Shown: piece by piece, positions 12,311 through 23,181 of the stretch
Numbering within the stretch: the stretch's first letter is position 1
Layout: each line of letters opens with the position of its first letter
IMG/VR virus record: IMGVR_UViG_3300013426_000014
Location: 160,001-224,000 of that record
Strand: one strand, 5' to 3'
From: a virus
Taxonomy: Duplodnaviria; Caudoviricetes
DNA length: 64,000 bases
The notes under the pieces: generated by a model
Told to the model about the DNA's origin: nothing
The model's database searches: none
What the model saw: the letters and a program-made list of their open reading frames with translations, nothing else
Program-made: the position numbers and the translations under genes

Positions 12311-13954
12311 TTATTCGCCGGTCACGACGATCCATTCCATCTCTGTTTTCGTCACATAATCGGCCTTGCTCTCGTACGCCATGTCGCCAAGCTTGCCGAC
12401 CGTGGTCACAAGGGATTTTAGCGCGTCCGTCGACGACAGCGTCACCGTGCCTTTTCCGTCGCTTTCCGCCTTGACGAGCGTCTCGCCGTCTGCCGTCTTG
12501 ACGCCCTTCACGAACGTCTCGCCGTCTGACAGGTTCGCCTTCAGCGCGTCGAGCGCCGACTTCGTGTCGGTCGCGGTATTCTCCACCGCGGTCAGCCTTT
12601 CTGTCACGCCGCCTTCGCCTGTCACCTTTGTGTCGAGCGCCGCGAGCGCGTCGCTGACCGTTTTGAGATCCGCCGCGCCGACGATGTCCTTCGTGACGAG
12701 CACGCCGCCCTCTGTGAACTCGAGATGTTTCTCATCTTCCGACAGCCTTATCGAGATCGTCTTGCCGTTGACCGCGACGCCGTTGCCGGCCGTGTACACG
12801 TCGATGAGCGACGTCACGTCGAGATAGATCACCTTATTGCTCTCCGCCGCGTTGAATTTGAACTCGACGAACGTGCCCGATGTCTTTTCGTTGACAGGCT
12901 TCTCCGCCGTCGCGACCACGAGATTGACATCCTCGAGCATGCCGTCCTTGATGAAGTCGGCCGCGTCAAATTCGCTGATTACAGCGTCTCCGGCGCCGAG
13001 AAGTTTCACCTTCTGATCAGCGTATGCGATTTTGATGTTTGACTTGAGACCGTCTGCTGTCTGTGTCAGGACCTTCTCGCCTTCGGCGATGCCGAGTTTG
13101 ATTGTTGTTGTCTCGTCTTCACCGGTGACCACAGACACGGCGTTACCCGTCTCACCCTTGATCTCCTTCGTCTTAGGCGCGGTGACATAAAGCCCGCCTT
13201 CCGCGTCGAGCTTGAGTGCGTTATCCGCGTCCGCCTTGATGTTGACAGACACCGTCCTGCCGTCCGCGCCGATCGTCACGGATTTGTCGCCCGTGATCTT
13301 GACCGCGTCTATCTTGCCGGTAAGCTCAGTCTTCGCCGCCTCGATCTTGTTGTCGACCGATCCGGTAACATCCGCCGCGCCGTTGATTGTGCCGATTTTC
13401 TCATTGATCGCCGCTATTTCGTCCTTGTTCGTCGACACGTCTTTCTTGACGTCAGACACGGACTGCTGCAGATCCGCGATGTCGCCGGCGACATCACCGG
13501 ACGCGGAGCTCTGCGCGAGCTTCATCACCGTCCCGACGCCCGACACGATATACGCGCCGGCGTCATACTTAGTCTCGTCGATCGTCTCCGCAGACTTGAC
13601 GTATATGATCTGACCGACATTGTCCGCCGTCGCGAGACTTATCGCCTCCGTGTAGTTCTCCGCGGTGACGGAGCCGAGCCCTTTGCCGGCGCCGACCTCC
13701 TCGAGCGTGCTGTTGGCGAGGATTTTGTAGATTTTGACCTCGTCGTTCTCGACCACTGATATGATCTGTCCGATATACCGTGTCTTACCGATTCCGCGTT
13801 CGTCGGATCCGTCGCCTTTTGCGTAAGCGACCGCGTCCGCGTAACTGTTGAACCATCCCGACCGGTCGATCGGGAATTTACCGGTACGCTGGAACGACAT
13901 CGCCCAGTCAAGCTTGTTACCGTCGATGATTAAATCTGTTGTATAGTTTGCCAT
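12311..13954 (-). CDS. Virion structural/tail-associated protein (paralog family)
   Basis: 547-aa ORF with DFIKDGMLEDV and YTAGNGV motifs. Confidence 0.7.
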   Translation of the reverse strand: MANYTTDLIIDGNKLDWAMSFQRTGKFPIDRSGWFNSYADAVAYAKGDGSDERGIGKTRYIGQIISVVENDEVKIYKILANSTLEEVGAGKGLGSVTAENYTEAISLATADNVGQIIYVKSAETIDETKYDAGAYIVSGVGTVMKLAQSSASGDVAGDIADLQQSVSDVKKDVSTNKDEIAAINEKIGTINGAADVTGSVDNKIEAAKTELTGKIDAVKITGDKSVTIGADGRTVSVNIKADADNALKLDAEGGLYVTAPKTKEIKGETGNAVSVVTGEDETTTIKLGIAEGEKVLTQTADGLKSNIKIAYADQKVKLLGAGDAVISEFDAADFIKDGMLEDVNLVVATAEKPVNEKTSGTFVEFKFNAAESNKVIYLDVTSLIDVYTAGNGVAVNGKTISIRLSEDEKHLEFTEGGVLVTKDIVGAADLKTVSDALAALDTKVTGEGGVTERLTAVENTATDTKSALDALKANLSDGETFVKGVKTADGETLVKAESDGKGTVTLSSTDALKSLVTTVGKLGDMAYESKADYVTKTEMEWIVVTGE

Positions 13955-13975
13955 GACTTATTCTGTTATGTTAAA

Positions 13976-16066
13976 TTAGGCGATTGTTATTTTATATGTG
14001 TTGGCGCCGAGAGCCGCATCCGGACGGTATACATATGCTGTGTATTCCGCCGCAGCGAATCCGTTCGCGCCTTCGACCTGCACGGATCCTTCTGATTTGA
14101 AAGAATCTTTAATGTCAGTGCCGAATGCGCCGGTGTCTGCCACTTTCGTAATGGTTTTACCGGTCGGAACAACCACATACACAGCATTCGTCCCCTCCGC
14201 GATTGACACGGTGATCTCACCGGTCGTCGGAGCGACATTGTTGCTGAGCGCCCTGACGTTCGCGGAGTTGAGCTCGATCGCCGACGGTTTCGCGCCGAGG
14301 AACCAGTGCCGCTCGCCGGTCACAGTTCTATTATCGCTCTTTGTCGCCGCCGATACGGCCTTGTCTGTTATCGCCGCGATGGCGGTCGTCTTGTGCTCCT
14401 CGCTGAAATGACCGATATTCGAGCATACGTATTTTGACGGGATTCCGTCACATGAGATTGTGTACGCCTCCGACTTCACGTCGATTTTCACGGTGTTCGC
14501 GCCTTCGCCGACAGTCAATCCGGTCTGCGCCGCGATCGACTCGGCCGCCGCCGGAGCAGTAGCGCCGTTGAAACCTGTGTATGTGACAGTGACGTTCGCG
14601 GCCGCGGTCACTGCCGGTGTTCCCCATTCTTTCGTGATAGATTTCGCCGTTGACTTGTTCGTTCCGGCCGCGTCGTCCGCGTATCCGTACGTGATGCCCG
14701 TTACAGCAGATCCGACCTTCTTCCATGTTGCAGACGGCTTCGCGATCGCCGAAAGGTTGACCTTTGTCCCGACCTCGACTTTCGATCCGGCCTTATCGAG
14801 TGCGCCGCCGGATATGGCTGTCGTTATCGACGCCGTTCCTGGTGTGGACGTCGGTACCGGATACTCTTCTTTGCAGAGCAGCTGCGTCAGTATTTCCTGC
14901 AGCGATGTTCCCGCCGGGATCTTGCCGTCGGTGAACATCGACGGCTCCGCTATACCGCCGCCGACCAGAATCTCCTCTGTAGTCACCGTCATCGCGGTGT
15001 CCATGTCCTTGACTGATATCTCGTTAGCGTCACTGATCGCGATGTGATCACCAGCCGTGTATGTCGTCGCGTTGAAATCCGCGAGTGACACGAATGACGT
15101 CTTCTTCTCGCCGGTCGTCTCGCCGTCGATGTTCCATGTGAACTTGAGACCCTTCGCGCCGTCCTGTGTCGTGACCTCAACACTATCAAGCATTCCGTCG
15201 ACGATGAACGGCGTCGCGTCTATTGAACTGCCGATCACCGCGTCATCCTTGCCGGTCAGGCTTATCGTCTTCTTGTCACCATCATACTTAAGCCCGATTA
15301 CGGTCTCGAGCCCGTTCGCGCCGGCCTTGAGCACCTTGTCGTCAGAGTTGAGCTTGAACGACACGGTCGTCTTGTTCTCGACCGTGCTCGCGTCGATCAG
15401 TCCGGATCCGACGACCTCACCGGTCTTCGGCGTCTCGACATAAAGCTTGCCGCTCTCGTCGATCTTAAGCGCGTTGTCGCCTTCCTTGACACTGCCTTTC
15501 GTCAGGATGTCGCCGTCTGTCACCTTCTTGTTGACCGCGTCGACACCGGCCTGCGCCGCGTCTGCCGCCGTCTTGGCCTCTTCCGCCGCAGTCTTTGCCT
15601 CTGCCGCGGCGGTCGAAGCCGCCGACGCGTCGGCCTTTGTCGCGAACTTCTCGTCAGCCGCCGCCACGGTGAGCAACTCTCCCTTTTCGAGCAGCGCCTT
15701 GATGCTCTCTATCATCGAGAACTCGAACGCGTCAAGTTTTGCCTTGTCGTCTTTCGACATCAGTCCGGCGACGCCGTCCGGCGTGCTCGCGTCCTTGTCC
15801 GCCTTGACGTACGGGATATAGATGTAACCTTTGCTGCCGTCCGCCTTGGTGAACTCTATCGCGCCCGCCGCGTTATCCGGCTTGTCCGCGTCCGTGATAC
15901 CCGCAACGTCTGACATGTACGCGAGGTTCTGGATCCCGGAAACCTGCGACGACACGATTTCCTGCCCGTGCATGAACACGGTCGGACGGTCGTTACATAC
16001 ATAGATTCCCGCGCCGTGTGTCTCGGCGTTGTATCCGGCGTATGCGCCGTAAAAGAACTGAATCAT
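13976..16066 (-). CDS. Virion structural/tail-associated protein (paralog family)
   Basis: 696-aa ORF with PFIVDGMLDSV, DGVAGLMSKDDKAKLD fibre motif and a beta-rich C-terminus. Confidence 0.7.
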   Translation of the reverse strand: MIQFFYGAYAGYNAETHGAGIYVCNDRPTVFMHGQEIVSSQVSGIQNLAYMSDVAGITDADKPDNAAGAIEFTKADGSKGYIYIPYVKADKDASTPDGVAGLMSKDDKAKLDAFEFSMIESIKALLEKGELLTVAAADEKFATKADASAASTAAAEAKTAAEEAKTAADAAQAGVDAVNKKVTDGDILTKGSVKEGDNALKIDESGKLYVETPKTGEVVGSGLIDASTVENKTTVSFKLNSDDKVLKAGANGLETVIGLKYDGDKKTISLTGKDDAVIGSSIDATPFIVDGMLDSVEVTTQDGAKGLKFTWNIDGETTGEKKTSFVSLADFNATTYTAGDHIAISDANEISVKDMDTAMTVTTEEILVGGGIAEPSMFTDGKIPAGTSLQEILTQLLCKEEYPVPTSTPGTASITTAISGGALDKAGSKVEVGTKVNLSAIAKPSATWKKVGSAVTGITYGYADDAAGTNKSTAKSITKEWGTPAVTAAANVTVTYTGFNGATAPAAAESIAAQTGLTVGEGANTVKIDVKSEAYTISCDGIPSKYVCSNIGHFSEEHKTTAIAAITDKAVSAATKSDNRTVTGERHWFLGAKPSAIELNSANVRALSNNVAPTTGEITVSIAEGTNAVYVVVPTGKTITKVADTGAFGTDIKDSFKSEGSVQVEGANGFAAAEYTAYVYRPDAALGANTYKITIA

Positions 16067-16192
16067 ATGTTCCTGTTTTTATTTTTCTGTTTTTCTGTTT
16101 CCGGTACGAGCCGGAAATTTCCGCTATATTTATCAAAAAAGACACGCGCGAACACGTGTCTTTACAAATAGATGATATATTCGTTGTTTTGT

Positions 16193-16630
16193 CTATCCGA
16201 TATTCTTTCAATTGAGATTTTCCTCTATCAGATTGACTTTATTCTCGACCGCGGTGAGACGCATGCCGAACGTGTCGAAGTCGCCCACTGACGCGGACCA
16301 CAGGTTTTTCAGGTTCCATTCTTTTTTGCCTTCGGATCCGTCGACATATTTGACCGTCAGCACGCCGTTGTCATAGTCGAGATTAACGTCTTTCACGTAA
16401 TTTTTAAGCACGGCCCGGATTTCCGCGACGCTGTCGTCCAGCGTCTGTATCTTACCCGGCACGCCGGCGAGCTCTGCCTTCAGCGTCTTGCTGATATTTC
16501 CATATGATCCGCCGTTCATCCAGATTTCCTTCGTGTCCGTCGCGAAATACACCGCGTTGGTGTACTTTTCCCTGTTGACCGGGTTCTTGTAATCCTCCAG
16601 CTTGCCCCTGTAAAAATTTAATGTCGCCAT
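16193..16630 (-). CDS. Small structural protein; terminal TGA probably read as Trp
   Basis: ENLN*KNIG then TAG; neighbours end similarly in SLAWYVEE and EMEWIVVTGE. Confidence 0.7.
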
Positions 16631-16654
16631 ATCTTGTAGATCGTTATTCTTGAT

Positions 16655-17833
16655 TTATTCGCCGTCGATCTCGGTGTCCCATCCGCTATCGCCGCTGTCA
16701 TCCTTCCAGCTCATGCTCGAGTCGATTTTCTTGACGACCTCCGTTATCTTCTCCTCGATTTGCGGGTCGGTTGTCACCGTCTCCGACACGATGCTCGTGA
16801 TCGTCTCCTTCGTCGTCTCGGACTTGATTTCGGTGTTGACAATCTCTTTTATCTTGTCGTCCGAAGGCGCCGCGGCCGCGGCTTCCTCCTTCGCTATTGT
16901 CCGGATGTCGTCTGCCGACGGTATTTCCGGCATGTTCGCGTCATGGACCTCTTTCGCGAGATCCTTTATATGATCGTCGGTCGGCACTTCCGGAATGTCA
17001 ATCGCGGCGACGGCGGCGGCGATTGCCTTGTCCGATTCGGATTTAGTGACGAAACCTTTATCCGCGATTATCGTCTCGACTTCATTCGCGTCGACAAGGT
17101 TTTTAACATCGTCTTTGGTCACGAGACTGTCAAGCTCGGCTTTGGTGGCGAGACCGGCGATTTCGTCTTTCGTCGCGAGACCGTCCAGTTCGTCCGCCTT
17201 AACAAAACTTGCAGTTTTCTCGTCGATCTTCTTGTCGACGTCAGACCCCTTCACGAAATCTTTGACATCATCGGCTGACACCAGATTCGCGTTTTGTATC
17301 GCGTCGTTGACCGCGTCGTCGAGCTGATCCTTCGTCACGACGTTGTTCCCGACCGTCTGTTTGACGATTTCGGTAATCGTCTCTTGTATGATTTTGTTAT
17401 TTTGTATCTCAGATATGACAATATCGGATACGGCGCCGGCGGCGATCTGCTCGATTCTTGAATCAATCTCGCGCAACGACGGGATTATCATCGGGTCCTC
17501 CCCGTTCACCCCGCCTATCGCGAGAATCATGTCGTAATGATCTATTTCTTTGAGTTCCTTGCCGTCCTCAACAACATGTACTTCATATGGCACGACCGCC
17601 GGCTCACCCGGTCTGAGCGGCGGGCGTTTCTTCTTTATGATATCGACCGCGTCGTCGAGATCATTCGCGGTGTTCTTATATGCCATAAATTGGATGGCCG
17701 GACGCTCCATCGGACGGCCCGGCTTTTCCGGACACGCGCACATGAAAAAATTATCGGAATAACCCGTATTATTTGCGGATCCGGTTCTCGCCGACATGGC
17801 GGACTCCGGCGTGCCGCAGTTTTTGCAAGCCAT
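16655..17833 (-). CDS. Hypothetical structural protein with short acidic repeats
   Basis: Long ORF with LATKDE-type repeats; late-promoter octamer at 17860. Confidence 0.65.
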   Translation of the reverse strand: MACKNCGTPESAMSARTGSANNTGYSDNFFMCACPEKPGRPMERPAIQFMAYKNTANDLDDAVDIIKKKRPPLRPGEPAVVPYEVHVVEDGKELKEIDHYDMILAIGGVNGEDPMIIPSLREIDSRIEQIAAGAVSDIVISEIQNNKIIQETITEIVKQTVGNNVVTKDQLDDAVNDAIQNANLVSADDVKDFVKGSDVDKKIDEKTASFVKADELDGLATKDEIAGLATKAELDSLVTKDDVKNLVDANEVETIIADKGFVTKSESDKAIAAAVAAIDIPEVPTDDHIKDLAKEVHDANMPEIPSADDIRTIAKEEAAAAAPSDDKIKEIVNTEIKSETTKETITSIVSETVTTDPQIEEKITEVVKKIDSSMSWKDDSGDSGWDTEIDGE

Positions 17834-17982
17834 TATCAACGCGTTTTATGTTTTCTGTATATTTATCATCCGGGACCCGGAATTTGATGAAAAATAAAAC
17901 AGCGACGGACGGTATATAATATTCAGACGGACGGGTTGTTCGTCACGGTTTATAAGTTTAACTTTCTAAAACAGGTTTACAG

Positions 17983-18891
17983 ATGCCTAAAAACAAACTG
18001 ACGCTGCACATGGCGGGATCGTCGTCGCAGTTCGTCAATTACCTCAAGGACTTCCAGAAAATTTCAAGAAGTCTTTTGCTCGAGATTGATCCTTTCAACC
18101 GGCAGTTCATCGCGAAGACGTTCTCTGAGAACAGGAACGCGATCAAGTTCAGCGCGATATCGTTCGACGACTGCAACATGCAGATTTCCGCGCATGACCA
18201 GACGGACGAGCTCAAGGATCTCAAGTACAGGATCAAGCTTGGAATTCTCGTCCAGCTTCCAAAGATTATCAGCATCATCGAGCGTTTCGAGTCCGACGCG
18301 AAGGACGAGAACTCGTTTGACATCATTGTCAATTATGATGTGCTCCGCGACGCGTCCGGCGGCGTGTCAGATTTCATCGCGGAGAATATTCAGTTTAACT
18401 CGTCGTTTCTCACTATGAAGATGGATGGTTTCAGACCGGCGGAGTTCCGGTATCTTCCGGATGACCAGTTCAACAACAGTATATTCAAGCTGACGGATTC
18501 GGTCGATTTCCTTATGCCGTCCGCTGTCATCGCGTCCGTTATCAAGACGTCCGACATCGTCAAGATTGATCCGAACAAGGACACGCTCGTGTTCTATGTC
18601 GACGGCAAGGACGTTTACGTCAAAGACTACACCGGCAAGGATAAGTCTGGCAAGGACAACCAGTCGAATTTCGTCTATAAGATAGGCGAGCTTGACTCCG
18701 AACCCGGATATCCGGTGCGCGTCATGATCTTCAGGAACATGTTCATCCAGTTCCTCGATAAGTCGTCCGACGATTATACTGTGTTCTTCGGTAAGTCGGT
18801 CAACGGCGCGGTCGACAGGTTGTGCATGCAGACAGTGTCAGACAAGGGCGCTGTGTCAAAGGTCGTCATTTCTGTTGTCAACGAGGATTAA
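17983..18891 (+). CDS. Hypothetical protein, possibly DNA sliding clamp (gp45-like)
   Basis: 302-aa ORF; N-terminal YLKDFQKISRSLLLEI loosely resembles gp45 N-termini; weak assignment. Confidence 0.45.
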   Translation: MPKNKLTLHMAGSSSQFVNYLKDFQKISRSLLLEIDPFNRQFIAKTFSENRNAIKFSAISFDDCNMQISAHDQTDELKDLKYRIKLGILVQLPKIISIIERFESDAKDENSFDIIVNYDVLRDASGGVSDFIAENIQFNSSFLTMKMDGFRPAEFRYLPDDQFNNSIFKLTDSVDFLMPSAVIASVIKTSDIVKIDPNKDTLVFYVDGKDVYVKDYTGKDKSGKDNQSNFVYKIGELDSEPGYPVRVMIFRNMFIQFLDKSSDDYTVFFGKSVNGAVDRLCMQTVSDKGAVSKVVISVVNED

Positions 18892-18911
18892 TCTCCAAAT
18901 TGCTTTGAAAC

Positions 18912-20003
18912 ATGAGTAACATTAAAAATATCAAGAGCGACGGCCAGCTCGAATGGTCGAGAAAGGCTGCGGCTGAGTTTGACTGGAGCCTGTATGAAGA
19001 CGGGTGGGACGGAAGTGGATTGCGCGTCAATAAGAAGGTGAAGACCAAATCGAAGAAGGATTTGGTGTTCTGCCATGAGAAATACGCACAGAAGCTTTAC
19101 GATCTGTACGAGAATAACGGCATGCCTGCAGAGGGCGGCGGCAAGGATCTCGGTGTCAACACTGTCGTCATGGCGAAGACGATGACCAGGATTTCTGACC
19201 ATGAAATCAGTCTCGACACCGACGCGGGACTTACTGTCATTGTTGACATGAATAAGGAGAAACAGTTCATCGACGCTTGTAACGGCGCGTCTGTCCGGGA
19301 GTTCATGGATGAGATCGCGAAGCCTGATTCCAAGTTCCGCGACGCGTTGCTTAACCAGGGCGTTTACGCGAAGCAGATTAAAGGCGGCAGGACCTCTATT
19401 TGGGAAGGTCACATCGCGAAGATCCAGTCAGAGTTCGCCGAACAGCTCAAGAATCCGACTTTCGCGTACAAGGCGAAGGTGCTTGACGCGAACAACGGCG
19501 GCTATATCGTCGATGTGCAGGGTATCAGGTGTTTCATGCCGGGATCGCTCGCCGCGGCCGGTGTTATCACGGATTTCTCTGAGCTCATCGGCAAGGAGGT
19601 GCCGGTCATGGTTATCAACTATGTCAAGAACCTTGGCTTCATTGTGTCGTATAAGAAGTATCTTAGTACGATTCTGCCGCATAAGATTGAGACGGAGCTT
19701 GTTATCGGTCAGCAGATTACCGGACGTGTCACCGGCTGCAGCAAGTTCGGTGTATTCGTCCAGTTCCCTGACACCAATGGTGAGTGGGTGTTCTCTGGAC
19801 TTGTTCATACGTCAACGATGAGCAAGGATTTCCGCCGTGATTTCGACGCGCACCGCATCGATACCGGTGACGGGGTCGATCTGTACATCAGCAATATCGT
19901 GTTCGAGCCGAAACGGCAGAGGATTATCCTTACCGATATCAATCCGCTCGACAAGCTCAAAGCGGCATTTGACTCATCCGTGTCTGAAAAAAGACATAAG
20001 TAA
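18912..20003 (+). CDS. Ribosomal protein S1-like RNA-binding protein (at least two S1 domains)
   Basis: AKVLDANNGGYIVDVQGIRCFMPGS and GRVTGCSKFGVFVQF...SGLVHTS are typical S1 repeats. Confidence 0.85.
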   Translation: MSNIKNIKSDGQLEWSRKAAAEFDWSLYEDGWDGSGLRVNKKVKTKSKKDLVFCHEKYAQKLYDLYENNGMPAEGGGKDLGVNTVVMAKTMTRISDHEISLDTDAGLTVIVDMNKEKQFIDACNGASVREFMDEIAKPDSKFRDALLNQGVYAKQIKGGRTSIWEGHIAKIQSEFAEQLKNPTFAYKAKVLDANNGGYIVDVQGIRCFMPGSLAAAGVITDFSELIGKEVPVMVINYVKNLGFIVSYKKYLSTILPHKIETELVIGQQITGRVTGCSKFGVFVQFPDTNGEWVFSGLVHTSTMSKDFRRDFDAHRIDTGDGVDLYISNIVFEPKRQRIILTDINPLDKLKAAFDSSVSEKRHK

Positions 20004-20032
20004 TCTGTCTTCTGACTTATATAATCTGTATT

Positions 20033-20668
20033 ATGAAGATTATAATTTTGGAAGGTGTTGATAATCTTGGCAAGAGCACGGTGGCTCGTGCTCTTGCCGA
20101 TTTTTACACGAAAGAAGGTTACGGCGTCGTGTCGATCCACTGTGTCGCCCGGACGGATTTCAACTGTCTAGCCCGCGAGATTTGCGAGATGGAATATGAA
20201 GAGTACAGGTCGAACAGGGACGGTGAGTTCAGGAATGAGACGCTGTTGATACTGGATCGGTCATGGAAGGACGAATATGTTTATGGTCCGATTTACAGGG
20301 GCAAGACAAAAGGTGAGATGATTAAACGCATACATGACATAGTCGTTCCGATCCGGAAGAAACTGGTCGATTGGCGCGCTAACATGTATGAGGTCCTGCT
20401 TGAGGCGGATCCTGATTTTGCGATTGGCAATGACGATGACAAGTCTTATTATTCCGGGATGGAGTATGACGACAAGGTCAACCGTGTAGAGTATGAGATG
20501 TCGATGTTCCGTGAGGCGATGTCGGTCAATGAGTTCTTTCTTGACGGTGATCATAAGATAAATGTCAAGGTCGATCATGACGGTAAATTCCGTCCATTGT
20601 CCGATATTACCGGCCAAATTACTGGCCGAATTAAATTCAAAAAGTTACAGGATGATACAGTATCTTGA
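20033..20668 (+). CDS. Thymidylate kinase-like P-loop kinase
   Basis: [15 protein letters not shown]-loop and LILDRSW motif; ends TGA with a back-up TAG three codons later (20675). Confidence 0.75.
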   Translation: MKIIILEGVDNLGKSTVARALADFYTKEGYGVVSIHCVARTDFNCLAREICEMEYEEYRSNRDGEFRNETLLILDRSWKDEYVYGPIYRGKTKGEMIKRIHDIVVPIRKKLVDWRANMYEVLLEADPDFAIGNDDDKSYYSGMEYDDKVNRVEYEMSMFREAMSVNEFFLDGDHKINVKVDHDGKFRPLSDITGQITGRIKFKKLQDDTVS

Positions 20669-21479
20669 TCTGCTTAGGGATGTGTTGAAGAACGGCGTTA
20701 AGAAAGAAGACAGGACTGGCACCGGCACGTTGAGTGTGTTCGGCAGGATGGTCAGGTTTGATTTGAATGCCGGTTTCCCGTTGGTCACAACGAAGAAAAT
20801 TCATATGAAATCGGTAATACACGAGCTTCTGTGGATGATTTCTGGAAACACTAATATAAAATATCTGCAAGACAACGGCGTGCGAATATGGAACGAGTGG
20901 GCGGATGGAAATGGTGATCTCGGCCCTGTTTATGGAGCGCAGTGGAGAAATTTCGCCGGTACTGGTGTCGACCAACTTGCTGACGCGGTAAAGACGCTGA
21001 AAGAAAATCCGTCCAGCCGCCGGATCATCGTGTCGGCATGGAATCCAGCTGTGCTTCCGGATGAGTCGTCTAAAGATTTCGCCGCGAACGTCGCCGCCGG
21101 TAATGCTTCACTTCCGCCGTGTCATTGTTTTTACCAGTTTTATGTGTCAGATAACAGGCTGTCATGCATGGTATATCAACGTTCCGCGGATATGTTTCTC
21201 GGTGTGCCGTTCGACATCGCGTCATACTCACTGTTGACGATGATGATGGCGCAGGTCACCGGCCATGAGTTGGGTGAGCTCGTCTATGTGTTCGGCGACA
21301 CGCACATTTACTTAAATCATATCGATCAGGTAAAAGAACAGTTGACGCGTGAGCCGCGTTCACTTCCTGTCATGAATATCAATCCGGACGTCAAGGATTT
21401 GTTCTCGTTCGGTTATGACGACTTCAAATTGGAAGGATATGATCCGTGGCCGGCGATAAAGGCGAAGGTTTCTGTGTAA
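20652..21479 (+). CDS. thyA: Thymidylate synthase
   Basis: [12 protein letters not shown] and [18 protein letters not shown] motifs. Confidence 0.97.
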   Translation: MIQYLDLLRDVLKNGVKKEDRTGTGTLSVFGRMVRFDLNAGFPLVTTKKIHMKSVIHELLWMISGNTNIKYLQDNGVRIWNEWADGNGDLGPVYGAQWRNFAGTGVDQLADAVKTLKENPSSRRIIVSAWNPAVLPDESSKDFAANVAAGNASLPPCHCFYQFYVSDNRLSCMVYQRSADMFLGVPFDIASYSLLTMMMAQVTGHELGELVYVFGDTHIYLNHIDQVKEQLTREPRSLPVMNINPDVKDLFSFGYDDFKLEGYDPWPAIKAKVSV

Positions 21480-21985
21480 TGATCGGTATGATAGCTTGCG
21501 TGGCGTCCAACGGCGTCATAGGAAAGGACGGCAAGATGCCGTGGGGTAACGGATTCAAGGACGATCTCGCTTTCTTTAAGAAATATACGATGGGGAAGAC
21601 CATAGTTATGGGCAGGAAAACGTATAAGTCATTACCCGGCGGCAAACCGCTTTCTGGAAGGATTAATATCGTCGTGTCGAGACATTCGACGTTGTCCGAT
21701 TATCCGCCCGGTGTCATGTTGTACGACAGTCCCGAATCTGTTGTCGATTATGCTGAGAACGGCGGGCAGTGGATAGCGGTGATAGGCGGCGGCGAGCTGT
21801 ACAGGAGTTTTCTTGACAAAACCGACGAGCTGATGCTGACTGTCATTCGCAAGAAGTATGACGGCGACACGTATTTTCCGGAATGGGAGAATATTGATAA
21901 GATCTTTCCTGTCAGGAAACGGGTCGGCGGCGGCAAGGATGAAAAAATCGGATTATACACAATTTACAAATACACCAGGAAATAA
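21479..21985 (+). CDS. folA: Dihydrofolate reductase
   Basis: NGVIGKDGKMPW, VMGRKTYKSL, IGGGELY, GDTYFP; translationally coupled to thyA (TAATG). Confidence 0.95.
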   Translation: MIGMIACVASNGVIGKDGKMPWGNGFKDDLAFFKKYTMGKTIVMGRKTYKSLPGGKPLSGRINIVVSRHSTLSDYPPGVMLYDSPESVVDYAENGGQWIAVIGGGELYRSFLDKTDELMLTVIRKKYDGDTYFPEWENIDKIFPVRKRVGGGKDEKIGLYTIYKYTRK

Positions 21986-21986
21986 T

Positions 21987-22265
21987 ATGGCGGATATGAA
22001 AATGAAGGCGCCGGCGGTTGGCGCGATAAACCAGACAGAGGTTTTGCTGAACGCGGAGAACGTCAGGTGTTCGGCATGCGGATGCACGGTATTTACACCG
22101 GGCGTCGTGTTTAAGCGGGTCAGCGCGTTGGCCAGCCCGTCCGGCCGGGAGGAAACGGTCCCGATTGATGTGATGCTGTGTCAGAAATGCGGCAAGCCAC
22201 TCAACCTGTTCAAGTCGGAGGATCATTACAATAGAATCCTTGGCGAGGGCGTCGTGAAACTTTAA
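21987..22265 (+). CDS. Small zinc-ribbon protein
   Basis: CSACGC...CQKCG. Confidence 0.7.
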   Translation: MADMKMKAPAVGAINQTEVLLNAENVRCSACGCTVFTPGVVFKRVSALASPSGREETVPIDVMLCQKCGKPLNLFKSEDHYNRILGEGVVKL

Positions 22266-22285
22266 CAAACAAAACGATTTTTTGT

Positions 22286-22510
22286 ATGGAATCATTCGGT
22301 TACTATAAGGTGACGGTGAAAGTCGGTGTCGAGCAGGACAACGGCAAGATAAAGAACCACAAGGAAACTTATCTTGTGATGAACGCCGGATCGCCGCAGG
22401 CCGCGGCGGATCGGGTTCAGGACCTTTTCAAGTCATGCATGGACGAGTGGCGGATTGAGTCGGTCAAGGTCGAGAAGATCGACGATATATTGAACTGCTC
22501 CGTTGATTAG
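22286..22510 (+). CDS. DUF4494-like small protein (Bacteroidota family)
   Basis: YKVTVK...NGKIKNHKETYLV...IESVKVEKIDDI pattern. Confidence 0.65.
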   Translation: MESFGYYKVTVKVGVEQDNGKIKNHKETYLVMNAGSPQAAADRVQDLFKSCMDEWRIESVKVEKIDDILNCSVD

Positions 22511-22528
22511 ACACATGTTGTTACAGCG

Positions 22529-22557
22529 AAGGCGGGAGGTGAGGCTCCCGCCTTTTT
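22529..22557 (+). terminator. Intrinsic terminator
   Basis: AAGGCGGGAG-gtgagg-CTCCCGCCTT followed by Ts. Confidence 0.75.
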
Positions 22558-22612
22558 CATTATAAAAAATGACGTTCAGTATTTATATTATATATAAGAT
22601 TAATTGTGTTCA

Positions 22613-23176
22613 ATGTCAAAAAGAAAAAATAATGACGGCGGATCCGAACGCGCGGAGATGTCGAGCATGATAACGAACGGCGGCAAGATGTCCGCGACGG
22701 GTTTTGTCGGTATGATGTGTGCCGGTGTCGCGCTTGTCGTGTTCTTGTGTTTTTCCGCGTATTTTATTATCCATCCAGACAACGCAGTCAATATATTCGA
22801 GATGATGGATAAGTCGCTGACCATATTGACCATCGCCGCCGCCTTGCTTGGAGTCCGCAAGATATCCGGCGCGATGTCAAGCACGTTCGGCAAGAAGGTC
22901 ATCACCGTCGGCGGTGATGATAATGATTCATGCAACAGACGCGACAACCGTGGGAACAGATATAATAACGGATATAATAACGGATATAATGATGGATATT
23001 ATAACGGTGGGTATGACAACGGTTATAATGACGGTTATAATAATGGAGGTTATAATTCCGGTAATAACGGCGGTTACAATCCACGGTATTCGACAAGGAC
23101 ATCAACCGGATCCGGCATGGACTACACGATGTCGGCGGAGCGGTCAGAATCGGAGTTTGATCAACTTGACGGTTAA
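22613..23176 (+). CDS. Two-TM membrane protein with GYNN low-complexity tail (holin-like?)
   Basis: Two hydrophobic segments followed by tandem YNNG/YNDG repeats. Confidence 0.6.
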   Translation: MSKRKNNDGGSERAEMSSMITNGGKMSATGFVGMMCAGVALVVFLCFSAYFIIHPDNAVNIFEMMDKSLTILTIAAALLGVRKISGAMSSTFGKKVITVGGDDNDSCNRRDNRGNRYNNGYNNGYNDGYYNGGYDNGYNDGYNNGGYNSGNNGGYNPRYSTRTSTGSGMDYTMSAERSESEFDQLDG

Positions 23177-23181
23177 CAGTC

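Noticed and set aside
546-17900. Numerous + strand ORFs over the structural block
   Set aside because: Antisense shadows of minus-strand genes with biased codon usage; no recognisable motifs
22955-23085. CRISPR-like or DNA-level tandem repeat
   Set aside because: Short 12-nt degenerate repeats encode GYNN low-complexity protein; no spacers
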